From Vicugna vicugna (Eukaryota): a DNA stretch of 64,000 nt. Shown in pieces: positions 48,932 through 62,440 of this stretch. The stretch spans positions 757,061 to 821,060 of the forward strand of contig MU058423.1 of NCBI GenBank assembly GCA_013265495.1. Direction: 5' to 3'. The notes below the pieces were generated by a model that did not search any database, was not told the origin of the DNA, and worked only from the letters and a program-made list of their open reading frames with translations. Made by a program: the position numbers and the translations under genes. Within the stretch, counting starts at the first letter, position 1. Every line of letters begins with the position of its first letter.

Positions 48932-49414
48932 CTCTGCAGCTGGTGCCCACGCTGCTCCCTCCCGCCAGCCTCGCTGCCCGGGTTGGATCCCAGCTGAGGA
49001 CCGACTACATATCAAGGTCCTGACCTGAAGCCTCAGTGGGACAGCCGCCTGGAGCTCATCCGAGAAACAGAGGAAGTCAGTCTGTGTAGGCGGGGCACAG
49101 AAAGGAGGAGGAATCCAGATGATCTGGGGGCACATCCTACCTTTAAAGGGCTCAGCCCTGTATTGTGGAATCAGATGGTGATGACCGTGTTGTGCCCGGG
49201 AGGCAGACAGGAACCCACCCTGGCACACACTCTGGGTGTCTGACACCGGGCTAGGCCTTCATGCACCCACATCTACCCCCATGAGCTCACTCTCTCCACT
49301 CTGCCACGTTGGTTCTCCAGACCGGGTCTGGGCCAGAGGTCTGGAGAGTCCTGGAGAACGAGCCTTGACTGTTGGGATGGTGGGACTGTAAGGACTCCTC
49401 GAGGCCATACACCC

Positions 49415-50050
49415 CAACTCCTTCATTTTGCTGGTGGGGAGACTGAGGTTGAGAGGTCAGGCAGTTGTGTGCAGACACTCAGCTAACATGGGCAGAGCCA
49501 GGATAGAGCCAGGCCCGTTGACTCGTGATCCAGCATCTGTGCGGAGCCTACAGGGATGATCAGACCTGAGTGTGTGATCCTGGCTCATCTCCTGACGCAA
49601 GCCTTAAAGACAAGGCTATTATTTCTGTTTCTATTTCTTACAGAGGAGACATTCAATAAACATTGGATACTTTCCATCTCTTATCTCATTGAATCCTTAG
49701 AACTTCCATATAAAATAGGGATTGAACTTCTCTATAGATGAGAAAACTGTGGCTCAGAGAGGTTGAGTAACTTGCCTGAAGTCATACAGCTACAGACACC
49801 TAAGAACAGAAGTTACATCCAGATCTGACATCAGAGCCCAGATACATCTAACAAGGGTCCAGCATGCTTCCTATCTGGGGTTCTGAGCCCTTGTATGTAC
49901 CAACTTACAATGCTCCTAACAACCTCTGAGATAACGCTGTTGTTATCCCCACTTAAAGGCACAGAGAGGGTAACTATCTTTGCCAAAGTCACTCAGCCAG
50001 TAGGGAGCAGAGCCAGGATTTGAACCTAGACTTTCTGACTCAGAAGAACA
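49415..50050 (-). mobile_element. Cluster of three antisense MIR fragments
   Basis: gagactgaggttgagagg; atagatgagaaaactgtggctcagagaggttgagtaacttgcc; aggcacagagagggtaac...gagccaggatttgaacctaga. Confidence 0.8.
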
Positions 50051-51039
50051 TACTATTAATAGTGTTCCACATACACTCACTAAACATTTGCTTGATGAAT
50101 GAATAGAAGTACAGGAGTAACTACTGGTGGAGTTTCAACTGTGCTCCTAGCACATGGTGGGCTGGTGTGTCAGAAGAATCTGTCCTCTCCCAACCATGAC
50201 CATGAGGTCACCTCTCCTCAAAACACAAATTGAAAACCACTTAGCTGTGCAGGAACTGGCTGGAATCTCAATTTTACCTGAACTCAAGGCAGAGGCTCCA
50301 GGCAGTTCCTCCTTTCCTCCTGCCAATGCCAACCTGCTCATGAATTAAAGATGCTGCCTGTGGCCATGGGTTCGTAATGGCATCACCTCCTCTGTGCTCA
50401 TCTCGGACAAATTAGGGCTGCCTGGAAGCACTCTTAGGCTTCAAGGCAACAAATAGTTGGAGACAGAAATGTCTACAGAGTGAGTTTCTCAGCTGCCTTG
50501 AGAACAGAACACCCGTGGCTGCTGCAGTAACTTAAATTTTTTTTTAATCATTGCTTACCCACAAGCGCTTTCCTGCTATCATCACCACCGAAAGGCCTTA
50601 TATTTAGGCATCTACGTTATCTCCCCAGGAGCTCAAGCCCTGGTTGTCCTGTTGATCTTCCTAACAGCTCCAGGAGAGGCCAGGACAGGATGCCCTTTCA
50701 GCTCTAACGTGAGAAGGAAGTCAGCTCTGTAAATAAGCAGGAACTCCTGCTATCCAAGGCCTCGGAGACATCAGGAAGTTGAAGGTGCTGTAGAGGAAAA
50801 ACATCACTGGAAACAGTTAGTAGACTTGTACTCTGAACCTTTACTCTGCGCTTAACTAGCTGTGTTACCTTGGGCAAGTTACTCACCCTCTCTGGACCTC
50901 AGTCAAGTGAGAAGTTAGGACTGAGATGATTTCTAAATTAAGATGCTGCAGATGAGAGTGGTTGGGGCACTTTATTCAGATGGGAGCTTGAATTCTAACT
51001 GTGCCATCTCCTACCTGTGTGGCCTTGGACAGCATTCTA

Positions 51040-51460
51040 CAGCAGGCTTATCAAAGTCCAAATTCGAACCAGGGAAACAAAGGAGGAATTTAACACAGGG
51101 AATTGGTGACCAGGTGATGGACTAAGGAGCCAGACTGGGGGTGGAGAGGTAACCAGAGATTTGCAGGAAGCCACCACTCTTAGGGGAGAAGCTGTATTAT
51201 GGAAAGCCTCGCCTTGGCATCATCACTCAGAAGAAGGCAGAACTATGATGGCCTGTCTAGGAGGGAGATAGCACACACAGCAGAGAAGGAGGGAGACATA
51301 CCCTGACTTCTGGCTTCCTCTCACCCTCCAGTCTTCTGCTAGGGCCACCCATTAGCTGAATCCAGCTGGAAGCTAGTTGGTAGAGGAACCCAGGAAATGT
51401 AGCATGTGAAGGAAATGCTAGGCAAGGATCTGAAGGCCAGGAGGTGCAGGACCGGCACGC
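51040..51460. mobile_element. Old ERVL-class LTR fragment, inserted in a MIR
   Basis: aatttaacacagggaattggt ... ataccctgacttc...ctcaccctccagtcttctgctagggccacccattagctgaatccagctggaagc; MIR halves at about 50960-51035 and 51465-51550. Confidence 0.55.
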
Positions 51461-52069
51461 TGTCCTTGCCTGAGTTTGTTTCCCTGTGAAGTGGCCTGTC
51501 CCACTGTGTTGTTGGGGGATTATCTGAGATAACGCATGTAAGGTCCTGGATGATTTATGTTAACAATCCAATTGATTGATGAGAACTCTTAATTATTAAG
51601 GGTTCTTTCCTTTATAATTGACTGTGTGTGTGTTGAGTGCTGCACTGCCCCTGGAAAGAAGTTGTATTTTCAGAACCAAATGAGAAGGGGAGACATGGGA
51701 AAAGATCTTTCATTCATTCAACAAACTAAATAACAGGCTCTGCCAGGCCCCAGGGATACAGAGATGCATAAATAAATAGATAAAGTGAATGAATGAATGA
51801 ATGAATGAGATCCAGGCCTAAGCTGTGGGTTAAATGGTAGTTTTGCAGTCAAATTATTTTTAAAATAACTTTTAAATGATTTGCGAGATGAAGGGCTTTG
51901 TCCACAGACTCAGACCAGAGCTCGTGTTTCCCAGCTCTCCTGCTCCTCCTTCTCTTTATTCCTCTCCTTTCAGTCCTCACAGCCCCTAACTCTCTGCACT
52001 CTGGCTTCATGAGCTCTGAGTATCAGGGCTGAGTTTGGCCTGAGCTGTTTTTTCATGCACAGGTCATTC

Positions 52070-52478
52070 TGTTTTTTCCCCAACAAATCCGTTCCACCTT
52101 TCTCAGCCTGCTCTGTGCCCTGGGCTGCATCCCCAGTGCTCCCTTGACATCCAGCATCCAGTTGAGTTACTAGCAGGAGGCCTGCGGGTGGGAAGACGGA
52201 GAGGCTGGGGTATTTCCTCCACTTCCTCGAGTTCTGGGCACCACTCCATGTTTAGCGCACCTGCCAGGCAGCCCTTCCTCCCTGGCTCCAGCTCTCCCTG
52301 CGCCCTCCCCTGTCCCTTGGGCCTGGGGGTAGTGACAGCCTCTGGCCATTGCTAGTCCCCGGGTGCCTTAGCATCCCTTATTGGTCCCCCTAATCCTGCC
52401 CTCACCTCTTCAAATGGTTTTTTTCATTGGAGCTTCTGGAACCATCTGAGATGGGGTCTGTTAACTGCCTGGCCCTCC
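52070..52478 (+). mobile_element. LTR33-like ERVL solo LTR
   Basis: gagaggctggggtatttcc ... gggcctgggggtagtgacagc...ttgctagtccccgggtgccttagcatcccttattggtccccctaatcctgccctcacctct. Confidence 0.7.
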
Positions 52479-54271
52479 CTCAAGCTCCTTTGAACAAGAA
52501 GCTGCTTGAGGAGGGGCTGTGGTTTTGTTGCAGATGTGAAGGCCTTTATGCCATCGGGCTGCACTACCAAATAAATCTTAAAAATAAAGAAAGAAAGAAG
52601 TAAGTAAAAGCAAATTCCAAGGAAACTTTTTTTTTTTGCCGGAGCCTGGGGCAAGTTACTCAACTCCTCTGAGCGTCTTTACCCAGTTGGTTTACAGAGT
52701 TAAAGAGTAAGAATAGGGATGAGAAGATGATGAGAGGTAAGCATCTTTACCTTGTGGGGTCACAATGGAGGCTGAAGGAGAAATAAGTGAGATGGCTTGG
52801 AAAGAGCATTTCGCAGAGCGGCATATCGCGGGACCTCGGTCGTGTGAGTTTCCCTTGCTCTCGGGGGCACAGATCCTGTCTGTTCCCTCCTGGAATCCCC
52901 ACTGCTAGGTGTGCCCACACAGGGCCTGGTACGGAGTTGGCATCACCAGCCTGCAGGGTCTGGTTAATGAAGGCGCTTAGATAAGGAAGATGCTTTGCAA
53001 AGTCTCCCTCCTGGGGCCAGATGAGAGACTGGGTCAGAGTGAGAGGTGTCAGAACCGTGACCTTTCCCCAGAGAAGGGATGCTGGGGCAGCCCCAAGTGG
53101 TCACAAAAAGGGAAGGGGTCTGTTGCCTGGGAGGGGATCCGGGCACGCACATAGCTGCGGGTGGCGACGGGGTGGACCTTCCTTGTGAGTGCAGAGTGGC
53201 AGAGGGCGTGGGGGCACATGAGTGAAGGAGGAGGAGCTCAGCAGAGCCCACCAGCCCTGAGTAGGGCCCACTCTGGGGGCTCTAGCTGCCCCTCCAGCTC
53301 ACACTTGGTCTGGGGTGTTCAGCAACAAGAGACTGTTTCAGAAACAGGAGAGGAAAGAGGAGGAAGTGCCCTGCACGGGGAGGCTCGAGCACTGCCAAGC
53401 AAGCTGGTACTGGAATTATTTGCAGTCCATATGCCAATTTGCTTTGTCATTGCCTGGCTATTTTTAGAAGCCCCTGGCGTATCTAGGAAACCAGAATCTG
53501 TTGACTGTGTTTCTTCGGTGTGGGGAGTGTGATTATTTCCCAGAGATGCTGAAGGAATGTGTGAGGTCGGGCTGTGGGAAGACGACCTCTCCCTGCAACC
53601 CAGGTCAGGACTCACGTGCCCACGCGGCTGCACACTCTGCCCTTTCAAACGGTTTGTTTCTGCCAAGTTGGTTGTGAGTCCAGGGTCCAGGTGACCTTTC
53701 CCAGATGGAACATCGGCAGGGAGTGGAGGCCTCCGTTTTAGCTCCCAGCAGGCGGGAGCTGTGAGGTCCTCTGATCCCTCATTCTTCCCAGGGCACCAGG
53801 TAGGCGGTTGTCCAGTGACTTGGGGGCAAAGCTGTCTTTGGCTCCCTGTTGCCGAGGAGGAGTAAGGAAGCAGAGAGGAGAGGGGACGGTGGTGCATCAG
53901 TGACCTGAGATCTTAATTGGAACCTTGGAGTATTCTGTCTCCCTCCATTCAGGCTATCTGCTTCTAGGACAGTGTCATTCATTCAGACACTGCCTAGAAT
54001 CCTGGGAAAAGAGGGGCAATTATTTCAAATCAATTCAAGTCCTGACGGTCCAAAGATGCCATTTCAGGAAGGAGAGGGCACCCGCTTTTGGCTGGGTTAA
54101 TCCTTTCAAAATAAGACTATGGCTGAGGGAAATACAGCATAGGTTTGACTAGAAGTCTCACTAAACTGTGAGACTTTGTATTTGATGATGTGTAAATTTA
54201 CCCAGCCTGCTCCAGGGACATTACCTAATCAGAATTAGGGCCACTTTGGTAAGTGACAAAATGAGGCACTT

Positions 54272-54775
54272 AGAATAAAATGCAAACCTTTATCCTGGCC
54301 TTCCAGACCTCATCTGATGAGACCCCTGCCTCTTGTCCTTACCCATCCCCCACCATGCCCCTTTGTCCTCTCTGGGCTCTTTCCAGTCCTTGTACATGCC
54401 TATCTTATGCTTGCCTCAGGACCTTTGCACTTGCTGTGGCTGCTGTTTTCCCCAGATCTTCTCATCATTCAGGTCTTCAGCAAATATCATGTCCTTGGAG
54501 AGGCCTTCCCTGAACACCACCCAACTGTGAGCCCACCACCAACCTCTACTTGGTCCCATTACCCTCTTTTACTTCATTCAGAGCACCTATCATGACCTAT
54601 ATTTATCTTATTCATTATTTGTGTACTCATCTTCTGTCTGTCTCCCACATCTGGAATGTAAGCATATTGAGGGCAAGCAATTTGTTTTGTTACTGCTACC
54701 TCCCCTGTACCTGGAACAGTGCCTGGCACATAGTGGTTACTCAAGAAATTTTTGCAGAATGAATTAATGAAGAAA
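54272..54775 (+). mobile_element. L2 LINE 3' fragment
   Basis: cctcaggacctttgcacttgctgt...gagaggccttccctga...ctggaatgtaagc...ggaacagtgcctggcacatagt...gaatgaattaatga. Confidence 0.92.
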
Positions 54776-56362
54776 TGGGTCCTTAGGGCCCAGTGATTCC
54801 CTGAGCTCAGGCTCTGGGGCTAGTGCAGATCTGATTTATCATCTCTCCTACCTTGGACTGCTTCCCTTTTCACCCCTCAGCTGCCTCTCCCCCGCAGTGC
54901 CTTCTATACACACAGCCACTTAAAATGCAAAAACCATTTTAATGTTGGGTGGCAAAATCTTGAGGGTGTAACCCGTGCAGAGAAAAATAATCTCAGGACA
55001 ACGATAAACCTGTTCCCTTGTCTCTAGTTGTGTTTCCTGGCTTGTCATTTGCTGCCTCCAGCCTGCAAAAGTACCTCCCATTAGTTCCTTTTGGCAGCAA
55101 GGGGAATTCAGTTTTTGTTTTTTGTTTCGTTTTAGCCGGGGCCCTATTCAGCCCCACAGTTTCATATTGAAGCTACTTTCTACCACCACTCTCCCCTGAT
55201 CTCAGGAGCAGCTCCCCTCTGCCCCTCCCAGAGTTCCTGTACAACAACAGCCCCCTCCCTGGTACTGTGGACAACACCAGCACTTACTGTAATGTATGCA
55301 AAGTGTTGCACACCTGTCCTCCACCCCATAAGGTCACATGTTTCTTGGTGGTGGGGGCTGTGTCTTTTATCTCAGTCTGCCTGACACTGAGCACAGTGTC
55401 TCCAAGTCCACCGACTCCCCAAGAGATGCGACGGAAACTTTTTCTCTCCCCAAGGCCCACTCCCATCATTCCTTTTACGACATGCTCTTTGAACCCAACT
55501 TTTGCTCAGTTTCCAAGTCTTTTCCCAACTCTCTTCCCACACACACCCAAATGACAGTTTACTCAGGTCTTCTCTTTTGGTCTCATCATCTTCTCAGACA
55601 ATCGCTAGCATTGACATCAGCATTTGCACAGCACTTTCCAGTTTACAGAGTGGTTTCCCGATGCACGATTATTTTGTCCTGGAGAGACCAAGCCACTTGT
55701 ACCTCCCCTGGGCTCCTGTCAGGTCCAAGTCTCTAAGTAAACATTTACTGAGCACTGCTGGTATGTCATGACTGGATTTGGGTATTTTATGTTTTAGTCT
55801 TCTAGGAGCCTCGTTGTGGGAAGCCTGCCAGCTATTCTGAGTAGGACAACCTCACAAAAGAAAGGAGAGATATCCTTGGGGCCCTGGATTCCCTGGGGTC
55901 CACCATTCCATGTTAGGGCCCGCTTGTGTCTTGGGCCAGCCTTCTCATAAATGTGCCCACCCAGGTTTGTCAACTTTCAGACACCCTCTGCAGCAGCAGA
56001 AAGCACTGTGACTCGCCAGGCAGAAAGGAGGGGTGGTGCTGTGGGAAGTGCAGTGGTCTGCGTCTGTGCTCTTCCTCCATCTCAGTTCCCCCATCCTTAG
56101 GATGAAGAGCATTCACCTGCCTTGTCCCTTCCCAAGGTCATCAAAGGATTATGTAAGACTTTGCATCCCAGAGGCCTTCGTGAAGAGAAGTACAAATACT
56201 AGGGCTCTTTTTTCCCTAACCTACAGGGACCTCCCCAGCCCCCAACACGTGTGAGTGTCTGCTGCCTCAGAGGCAACCAGCCATTTTCTCACATCCCCTC
56301 CTCCAGCCAGGCTAGACCGCATCCTATGGCCTCTGTTCTGCTCTGTAATCATTTGAATTGAC

Positions 56363-56472
56363 AATAACAGTGAACATTTACTGAGCATTTCTTAGGTGCC
56401 AGGAACTATTCTAAGCACTCTGTCTGGATTAACTCCATCATGATAACTTCCCTAGGAAGTGGGTACTTTTAT
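56363..56472 (-). mobile_element. MIR 3' half (continues at about 60470-60585 beyond the L1)
   Basis: aacatttactgagc...gtgccaggaactattctaagcact...gattaactc...gggtactttta, resuming as attttaaagataaggaaactaagcc. Confidence 0.8.
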
Positions 56473-59400
56473 GTACATGAGCGTGCAGTCTGTGAATAAA
56501 GACACTGCTCCTTCTTCATTTCCAGTCTAGACAGTGTCGTATTTCTTATCCTTGCCTTATTGTACCAGCTCGGGCTTTCAGTACAATGCTGAATGAAATG
56601 CTGAAAAGACGTGGTGAAAGCAGACATCTTTGCCTAGTTACCAGTCTAAGGACATCCAGTCTTCCACATTAAGACCAGCATCTAGTCTTTGACTGCTAAG
56701 TATGATGTCACTGTAGTTTTTTTTTTTTTAAATAAAAGGCTTCTTTCCAGTTGCGGAGGTTTGCTGAGGGTTTTTTTTTTAATCATAAATGGATATTATG
56801 TTTTGTTGAAAGTTTTTTTACACATCTACTCAGATGATCATATGGACTTCCATTTTAAGTCTATTGCTACAGTGAGTTACACTGAAGAGTTTATATAGAA
56901 TTGATATTCTTGCCTAAATGTTTGGTAGGATTTATCAGTAAAGCCATCTGTACCTGAAATTTTATTTGTGGAAATAATTTAAACTAAGAATTCGAGTTAT
57001 TTAATAGATACAAGGCTATTCAGCTTATCTGCTTCTTCTTGAGTGAGTTTTAATAGTTTCGGAGTTGATGTCTTTCAAGGAATTTCTCCATTTCATCTAA
57101 ATTTTTGAATTTATTGGTATGAAGTCCTTTATAATATTCTTTTATCTTTTTGAAGCGTGTAGAAGCTGTCATAAAGTTTATTCTTTTGTGCCTGATATTG
57201 GTGATTTCTTTTTTTCTTGATCAGTCTGGTGGTTTTTTCAATTATAGTCATCTTTGTAGAGAAAGAGCTTTTGGTTTCATTGAATCTGTTTTTGCTTATC
57301 TGTTTTCTGTCATTTATCTGCTTTTCTTTATTGCTTCTTTCCTTCTGCTTACTTTGGTTTTCTGTCTCTCTTTTTTTTTTTTTTCCTAGTTTCTTACGTA
57401 GAAGCTTAGGTCATTGATCGAGACTTTTCTCTTTTTTAGCATAAACATTTAATGCTACAAATTTTCCTCTAAGCACTGCTCTAGCTACCACATACCACTA
57501 AGTTTGGTATGTTGTATTCATTTTTATTCAGTTCACAATTTTCTAATTTCCTTTGTGATTTTTTTTTCTTGGACCCATGGGTTATTTAGAAGTGCATTGT
57601 TTAATCTCCTAAAATTTGAAGATTTTTCAGATTTTAAAAAAAATTTCTAGTTTAATTCTATTATAGCCGTAGAAAAGACTTTGTGTGACTTCAGTCTATT
57701 ACTATTCGATCTATAGACTTGTTTTGTGGCCCAGAATATGGTCTGTCTTGGCAAGTGATTTATATGTTCTAATTATGTCAGTTAGGTCAAAAAGGTTGAT
57801 GGGATTGAGACTTTTACAACCCTACTGATTTTGTCTGTTTTTCCTATCAATTGCTGAGAGAAGAACATTTAAATTACAGTTATGGATTTATCTATTTCTC
57901 CTTTCACGTATACCAATTTTTGCTTATGTCATATGTTTTGAAGCTCTGTTAATAGGTGTATATAAATTTAGGGTTGTTATATCCTTTTGATGAATTTCCT
58001 CCTTTATCATTATAAAATACCCTTCTTTATCCCTGATAATAGTCCTTGTTCTAAAGTCTGCTTTGTGTAGCATAGTCACCCCAGTTTTGTTTTGATCAAT
58101 GTTTGTTTGGTATATTTTTCTATCCTTTTACCTTTAACCTGGCTGTGTCTGCATGTTTAAAGTATGTTTCTTATAGATAGCATACAGTTAAGTCTTACTT
58201 TTTTAAACCCACTATGACAATCTCTGCTTTTTAATCAGTTTGTAGGTTATTTTTATTTAGTAATTATTGACTTGGTTGAATTTAGGTCTACTATCTTGTT
58301 ATTTATTTTCTAATTGTCCCATCTGTAGTTAGTTTCTATTTTCTTCTTTCTCTGCCTTATTATATATTAATTGAATTTTTTATGATTCCATTTCATCTCC
58401 ATTGCTAGATTGCTAGCCATATCTCTGTTTTATTTTTAGTGATTGCTCTATGGTTTATAATATATTTTATTGTAAATATAAATATATTTTATTGATTTTA
58501 ACATATCAAAGTCTATCTTAAAATAATATACCACTTCACATATAGTGTAAAGAATCTTATTAGCTATGTATTCTGTGTTCTGACCCTTGCCCTTTGTGAT
58601 AGAGTTGCCATATATTTCATTTCTACCTTTTATAAACTCCATCATAATACAGTGAAAACTGTTTGCTCTAAACAATCAAAAATTTTAAAGAGATTTCAAA
58701 ATGAGTAAAAACGTATTTCAATTTACCCACATATGTACTGTTCTCAGAGCTTTTTATTCCTTGTGCAGAGGCGAATTTCCGTGTAGTATCATTCTCTTTT
58801 ATCCTGGGGAACTTCCTTTAACATTTCTTATAGGCAGACTGCTGGCAATGAATTATCTCAGCTTTAATATGAAAAAATATTTATTCTGCTTTCATTTTTG
58901 AAAGATATTTTTGCTGAATATAGAATTCTAGGTTGACAGTTTTTCCCTTCAGTGCTTACAGCTGTCACCGTCTTTTGCTTTGCATCTTTATGACAAGGGG
59001 TCTGCCACTTTGCTTTTGTTCTTCTGGATATAATGTCCTTTTTCCACTGGCTGCTTTTAGGGTTTCCTCTTTATCACTGGTTTTCAGCAATTTGGTTATG
59101 CTGTGTCTTGGTGTCTTTTTTGTTTGTTTGTTTGTTTTGCTTGTTTGTTGTTTTTTTACATTTACTCTGCTTGGAGCTCAATGAGCTTCTTGAATCGGTG
59201 GGTTTATAGGTTTCATATAATTTTGAAAAATTTTGACCATTTCTTCAAATATTTTTTTCTGTGCTCCCTTTTAGGGGGGAACTTCCTTTACGCATATGTT
59301 AGATCACTTGATGGTGTCCCATAGGTCACTGATGCTTTGTTCTTTTTTTTTTTTCAGTCTTTGCTTTATTTTAGATATTTTCTATTGCTGTCTCTTCAAA

Positions 59401-60456
59401 TTCACTGACTTTCTGATGTGTCTCGTTGGCTGTTAATCTCCTTCATTATATTTTTTCATTTCAGTTTTTGTATTTTTTCACTTATTGTATTTTTTCATTT
59501 CTTAAAGTTTCATTTGGGTCATTTTTATGTCTTCCAATTCTATCCTCAACATGTTCGTATTTTCTCATACATTTCTGAGTGTATGTAGTATATTTGTTAT
59601 AGTAATTTTAATATTCTTGTATACTGTTTCATTATCTCTGTCATTTCTGAGTCATTTTCTGTTGATCAGTTTTTCTCCTGGTTATTGGTCATTTTTTCTG
59701 CTTTCTTGGTTGCCTTGTTTTTTGTTTGTTTGTTTGTTTTAGGGTTTGTATGTGTGTGTGTGTGTTTTTAAACAGATGCCAGACATTGTGAATTTTACTT
59801 TGTTGGGTGAAGTTTTTTTCCTTTTTGTATTTCTTTAAACAGTGCTGGGCATTGTTCTGGCGTACAGTTTAGTTACCTGGGATCAGTTTGATCTTTCCAG
59901 GGCTTGTTTTTCAGCCTCTCTCAGGATGAGTCTGGTACTCACTACTGAAGACCCTATCTGACACCGTGTGCATTTATTACAAGGTCTGTTCACTCTGGCT
60001 CATGGGAACCAAACACTACCCAGCTTTGTTCAAGGTCTGGAAATCGCCTGATTCCTTGTGATGGTTCTCTCTCCAGCCTCATGGAGTTTCATTCCTTGCA
60101 TATGCAAATCAGTATTTAGCCAAAGATTTTTTAAGAGGATCCTTTTCAGATATCCAGAGCTCCTGCTGATATTCTGCTCTGAACATTCTAGCTGCCGCAG
60201 TCTCCACGGAGTCTAGGAGACCAGCCTCCGTCTGCGGCACCGTTCCCTGTGCTGCAGCCCAGGAACTGAGTTCAGTCAGTAAGGTGGGGAAATTGCAGCC
60301 CTCCCTCTCCCACCCCCCACCCCACCTCACCCCATGTACTGCCTGTTGTCCCGTGTCTGGAATTATTTGCTTCATATATTTTATATGATTTCTAGTTGTT
60401 CAAGACAGGAAGGTGAATCCAGTCGCTGTCACCCTGTCATGGCTGGAAGCACGAGT
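56473..60456 (-). mobile_element. Old L1M LINE: 5' end, ORF1 and the 5' part of ORF2, degenerate; 3' portion absent
   Basis: T-rich antisense L1 sequence; 56474-56528 translates on the minus strand to TGNEEGAVSLFTDCTLM, against L1 IGKEEVKLSLFADDMIV; ccagtcgctgtcaccctgtcatggctggaag resembles the reverse complement of the L1M 5' terminus. Confidence 0.9.
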
Positions 60457-60604
60457 GGTAGTATGTCCTTTCATTGTGCTTATTTTAAAGATAAGGAAAC
60501 TAAGCCACAACAGAGAGATTTAACAAGTTGCCCAAAGAGAGCATTACTCTCAGGTGGCTGAGTCCAGATTTGAGTCCTGGTCAGCAGTCTCCACTAGCCT
60601 ATCC

Positions 60605-60725
60605 GCTCCTTGGGGTCCAGGACCTTGCCTGTCTTGTTCACAGCTGAATACTAGGCACCGAGCACAGCACCTGGTACACAGAGTTGGTACTCAGTAGATG
60701 TTGTTAAATAAAATGAATAAGTGAT
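60605..60725 (+). mobile_element. L2 LINE 3' end
   Basis: tgtcttgttcacagctgaa...cacagcacctggtacacagagttggtactcagtagatgttgttaaat. Confidence 0.8.
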
Positions 60726-62264
60726 TGACCGATCTGGGACTGAATGAAGCACTTCCCAGGAAGGAGAGAGAAGGTGCTTTCTCTTATCATATATCCAGGT
60801 TGTGTTTATATAATGCCACCTGAATGGGACCTGCTGTTCTCACATCCCAGGGTCTCCAAGCCCCAGTAAACACTTCTTTACCTCCCCTGGCACGCACCTT
60901 GCATATACTCCTGTGTGTAAGCAGCAGCTGCTGCTCAAATCTGCTGTCTGGCTCCTGCATTGAAACATATCATTTTAATCATGCACTTTCAAGCCAGGAA
61001 GACATCTGCATTTTAAAAAGTCAAATTCCTTTCCCCAGTGGTGGCCATGCAAAAAGACTTGGCCTCTTTTTCACTTTTGTCCAGTGTGAGGTCCTGGACA
61101 AGTAGGAACCTATCTTGGTCCGAGTTAGGCCACATGAAGAGAAAGAAAGGTCTTCTGACCTAGTGCACCACCCTCCACATACCCTGTTCCTTACCCTACA
61201 TTTTTGGGAAGAATGGAGGAAAGAGAGCTCCCTTATCCAGAACTTTAGGTCTGTTTCGGATGATAGCAGAGCAATTGATTGAAAATTATATGCCCATTTC
61301 TGCATCTGCATAATTTTGCATATTTATTTTATGGCCAAATAAACTCACTGGAATTCTCTCTCTCCCTCACTTTCCCTCCTGCTTGTGCTTTTGTTGTGTC
61401 ATATAGGTCTGGCTCAGCCTGGACAGATGACCAGTTCTTCCCATCTTTGTTTCTATGGGGAAATGTGTTCTTCTCAGAAGATCTAGAATGTGCTCCTTTA
61501 CCCAACAACCCAGCCCTGTGGCCTGGGTGACGTCCTAGTCGGCTGAGGTCTGTGCCCAGCCGGGGCGTGTGGAGGAAGTGGAGGAGGTGGGAGACTGCTT
61601 GTCAGGAAGTTTTTGAGCAGACAAGTTGTCGAGCCGCCCTGCAGACAAGTGTTTCCCCAGGGACTCAGCTGCTGTCACTGTGGGTAATTGGATTCCTGCT
61701 CCCCGGCAGGACAGGCTGCAGTAACCTTTAGGATTAATTGCTCCAGTTGACCTCAGCTGCCTTCTCTGGCTGGCTGCCTTCCCCAGTCTTGATCAGAAAG
61801 CCCCAGGGGCTCAATGTTGGGCACCAGACATTGGGACAGGAGTTTTGAGCTGGAGACTTCTTGATCTGAGCCTTGAGAGCTTTCCCATAAGCCCGGCAGA
61901 GGCACCTGCACAGAAGGCTGTGCTTCACCCTTAAGGCAAGGCCCATTCCTCTCCCAGGACCTTCCCCTGGTGGGGTTAAAGGAGCCCTTCATTTGCTGGT
62001 GTGAAGTCAACAACGATCCTAAAGAGGAACACCAAGCTGTCAACCTCCTCTCTTCCCAGGAGAAAATGGTGATGGTGCTCTCCCATCCAGGGGGATAGAG
62101 AGGGTTTGGGAGCCTCTTGTAGTGAACGGCCATGGTTGTGGCTCGTGGGCCACTGACAATTCAATCCTGCCATGCTTGTTCACCAGAACATAGAACCTAA
62201 GGTAGAGGGACAGGGGACACTGCAGTGGCTCCATCCCCGACGGCACTGAGCATCTGTGAGTACT

Positions 62265-62440
62265 CGTAATAACAATGGCGAACACCTACCAGTCCTTAGC
62301 CCTGCATGACCACATGTAATCCTCACAACAGCCCGAGGAGGGCTGTGGGATTGTGATGCCCACAGAGTAAAGGAGAAACCTGGGGCTGAGAGCTGCTCAC
62401 CACAGAGAGGCCACCCAGCTGCGCAAGGGCAGATCCTGTA
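62265..62440 (-). mobile_element. MIR SINE
   Basis: taatcctcacaacagccc...aaaggagaaacctggggctgagag. Confidence 0.7.

Noticed and set aside
60096..60109. Palindromic ttgcatatgcaa(at) POU-like site
   Set aside because: It lies within the decayed L1 5' region with no supporting context.
129..60109. Window-wide enrichment of octamer motifs (five noticed)
   Set aside because: About two are expected by chance on both strands of 64 kb, and my scan was by eye, so enrichment is not established.
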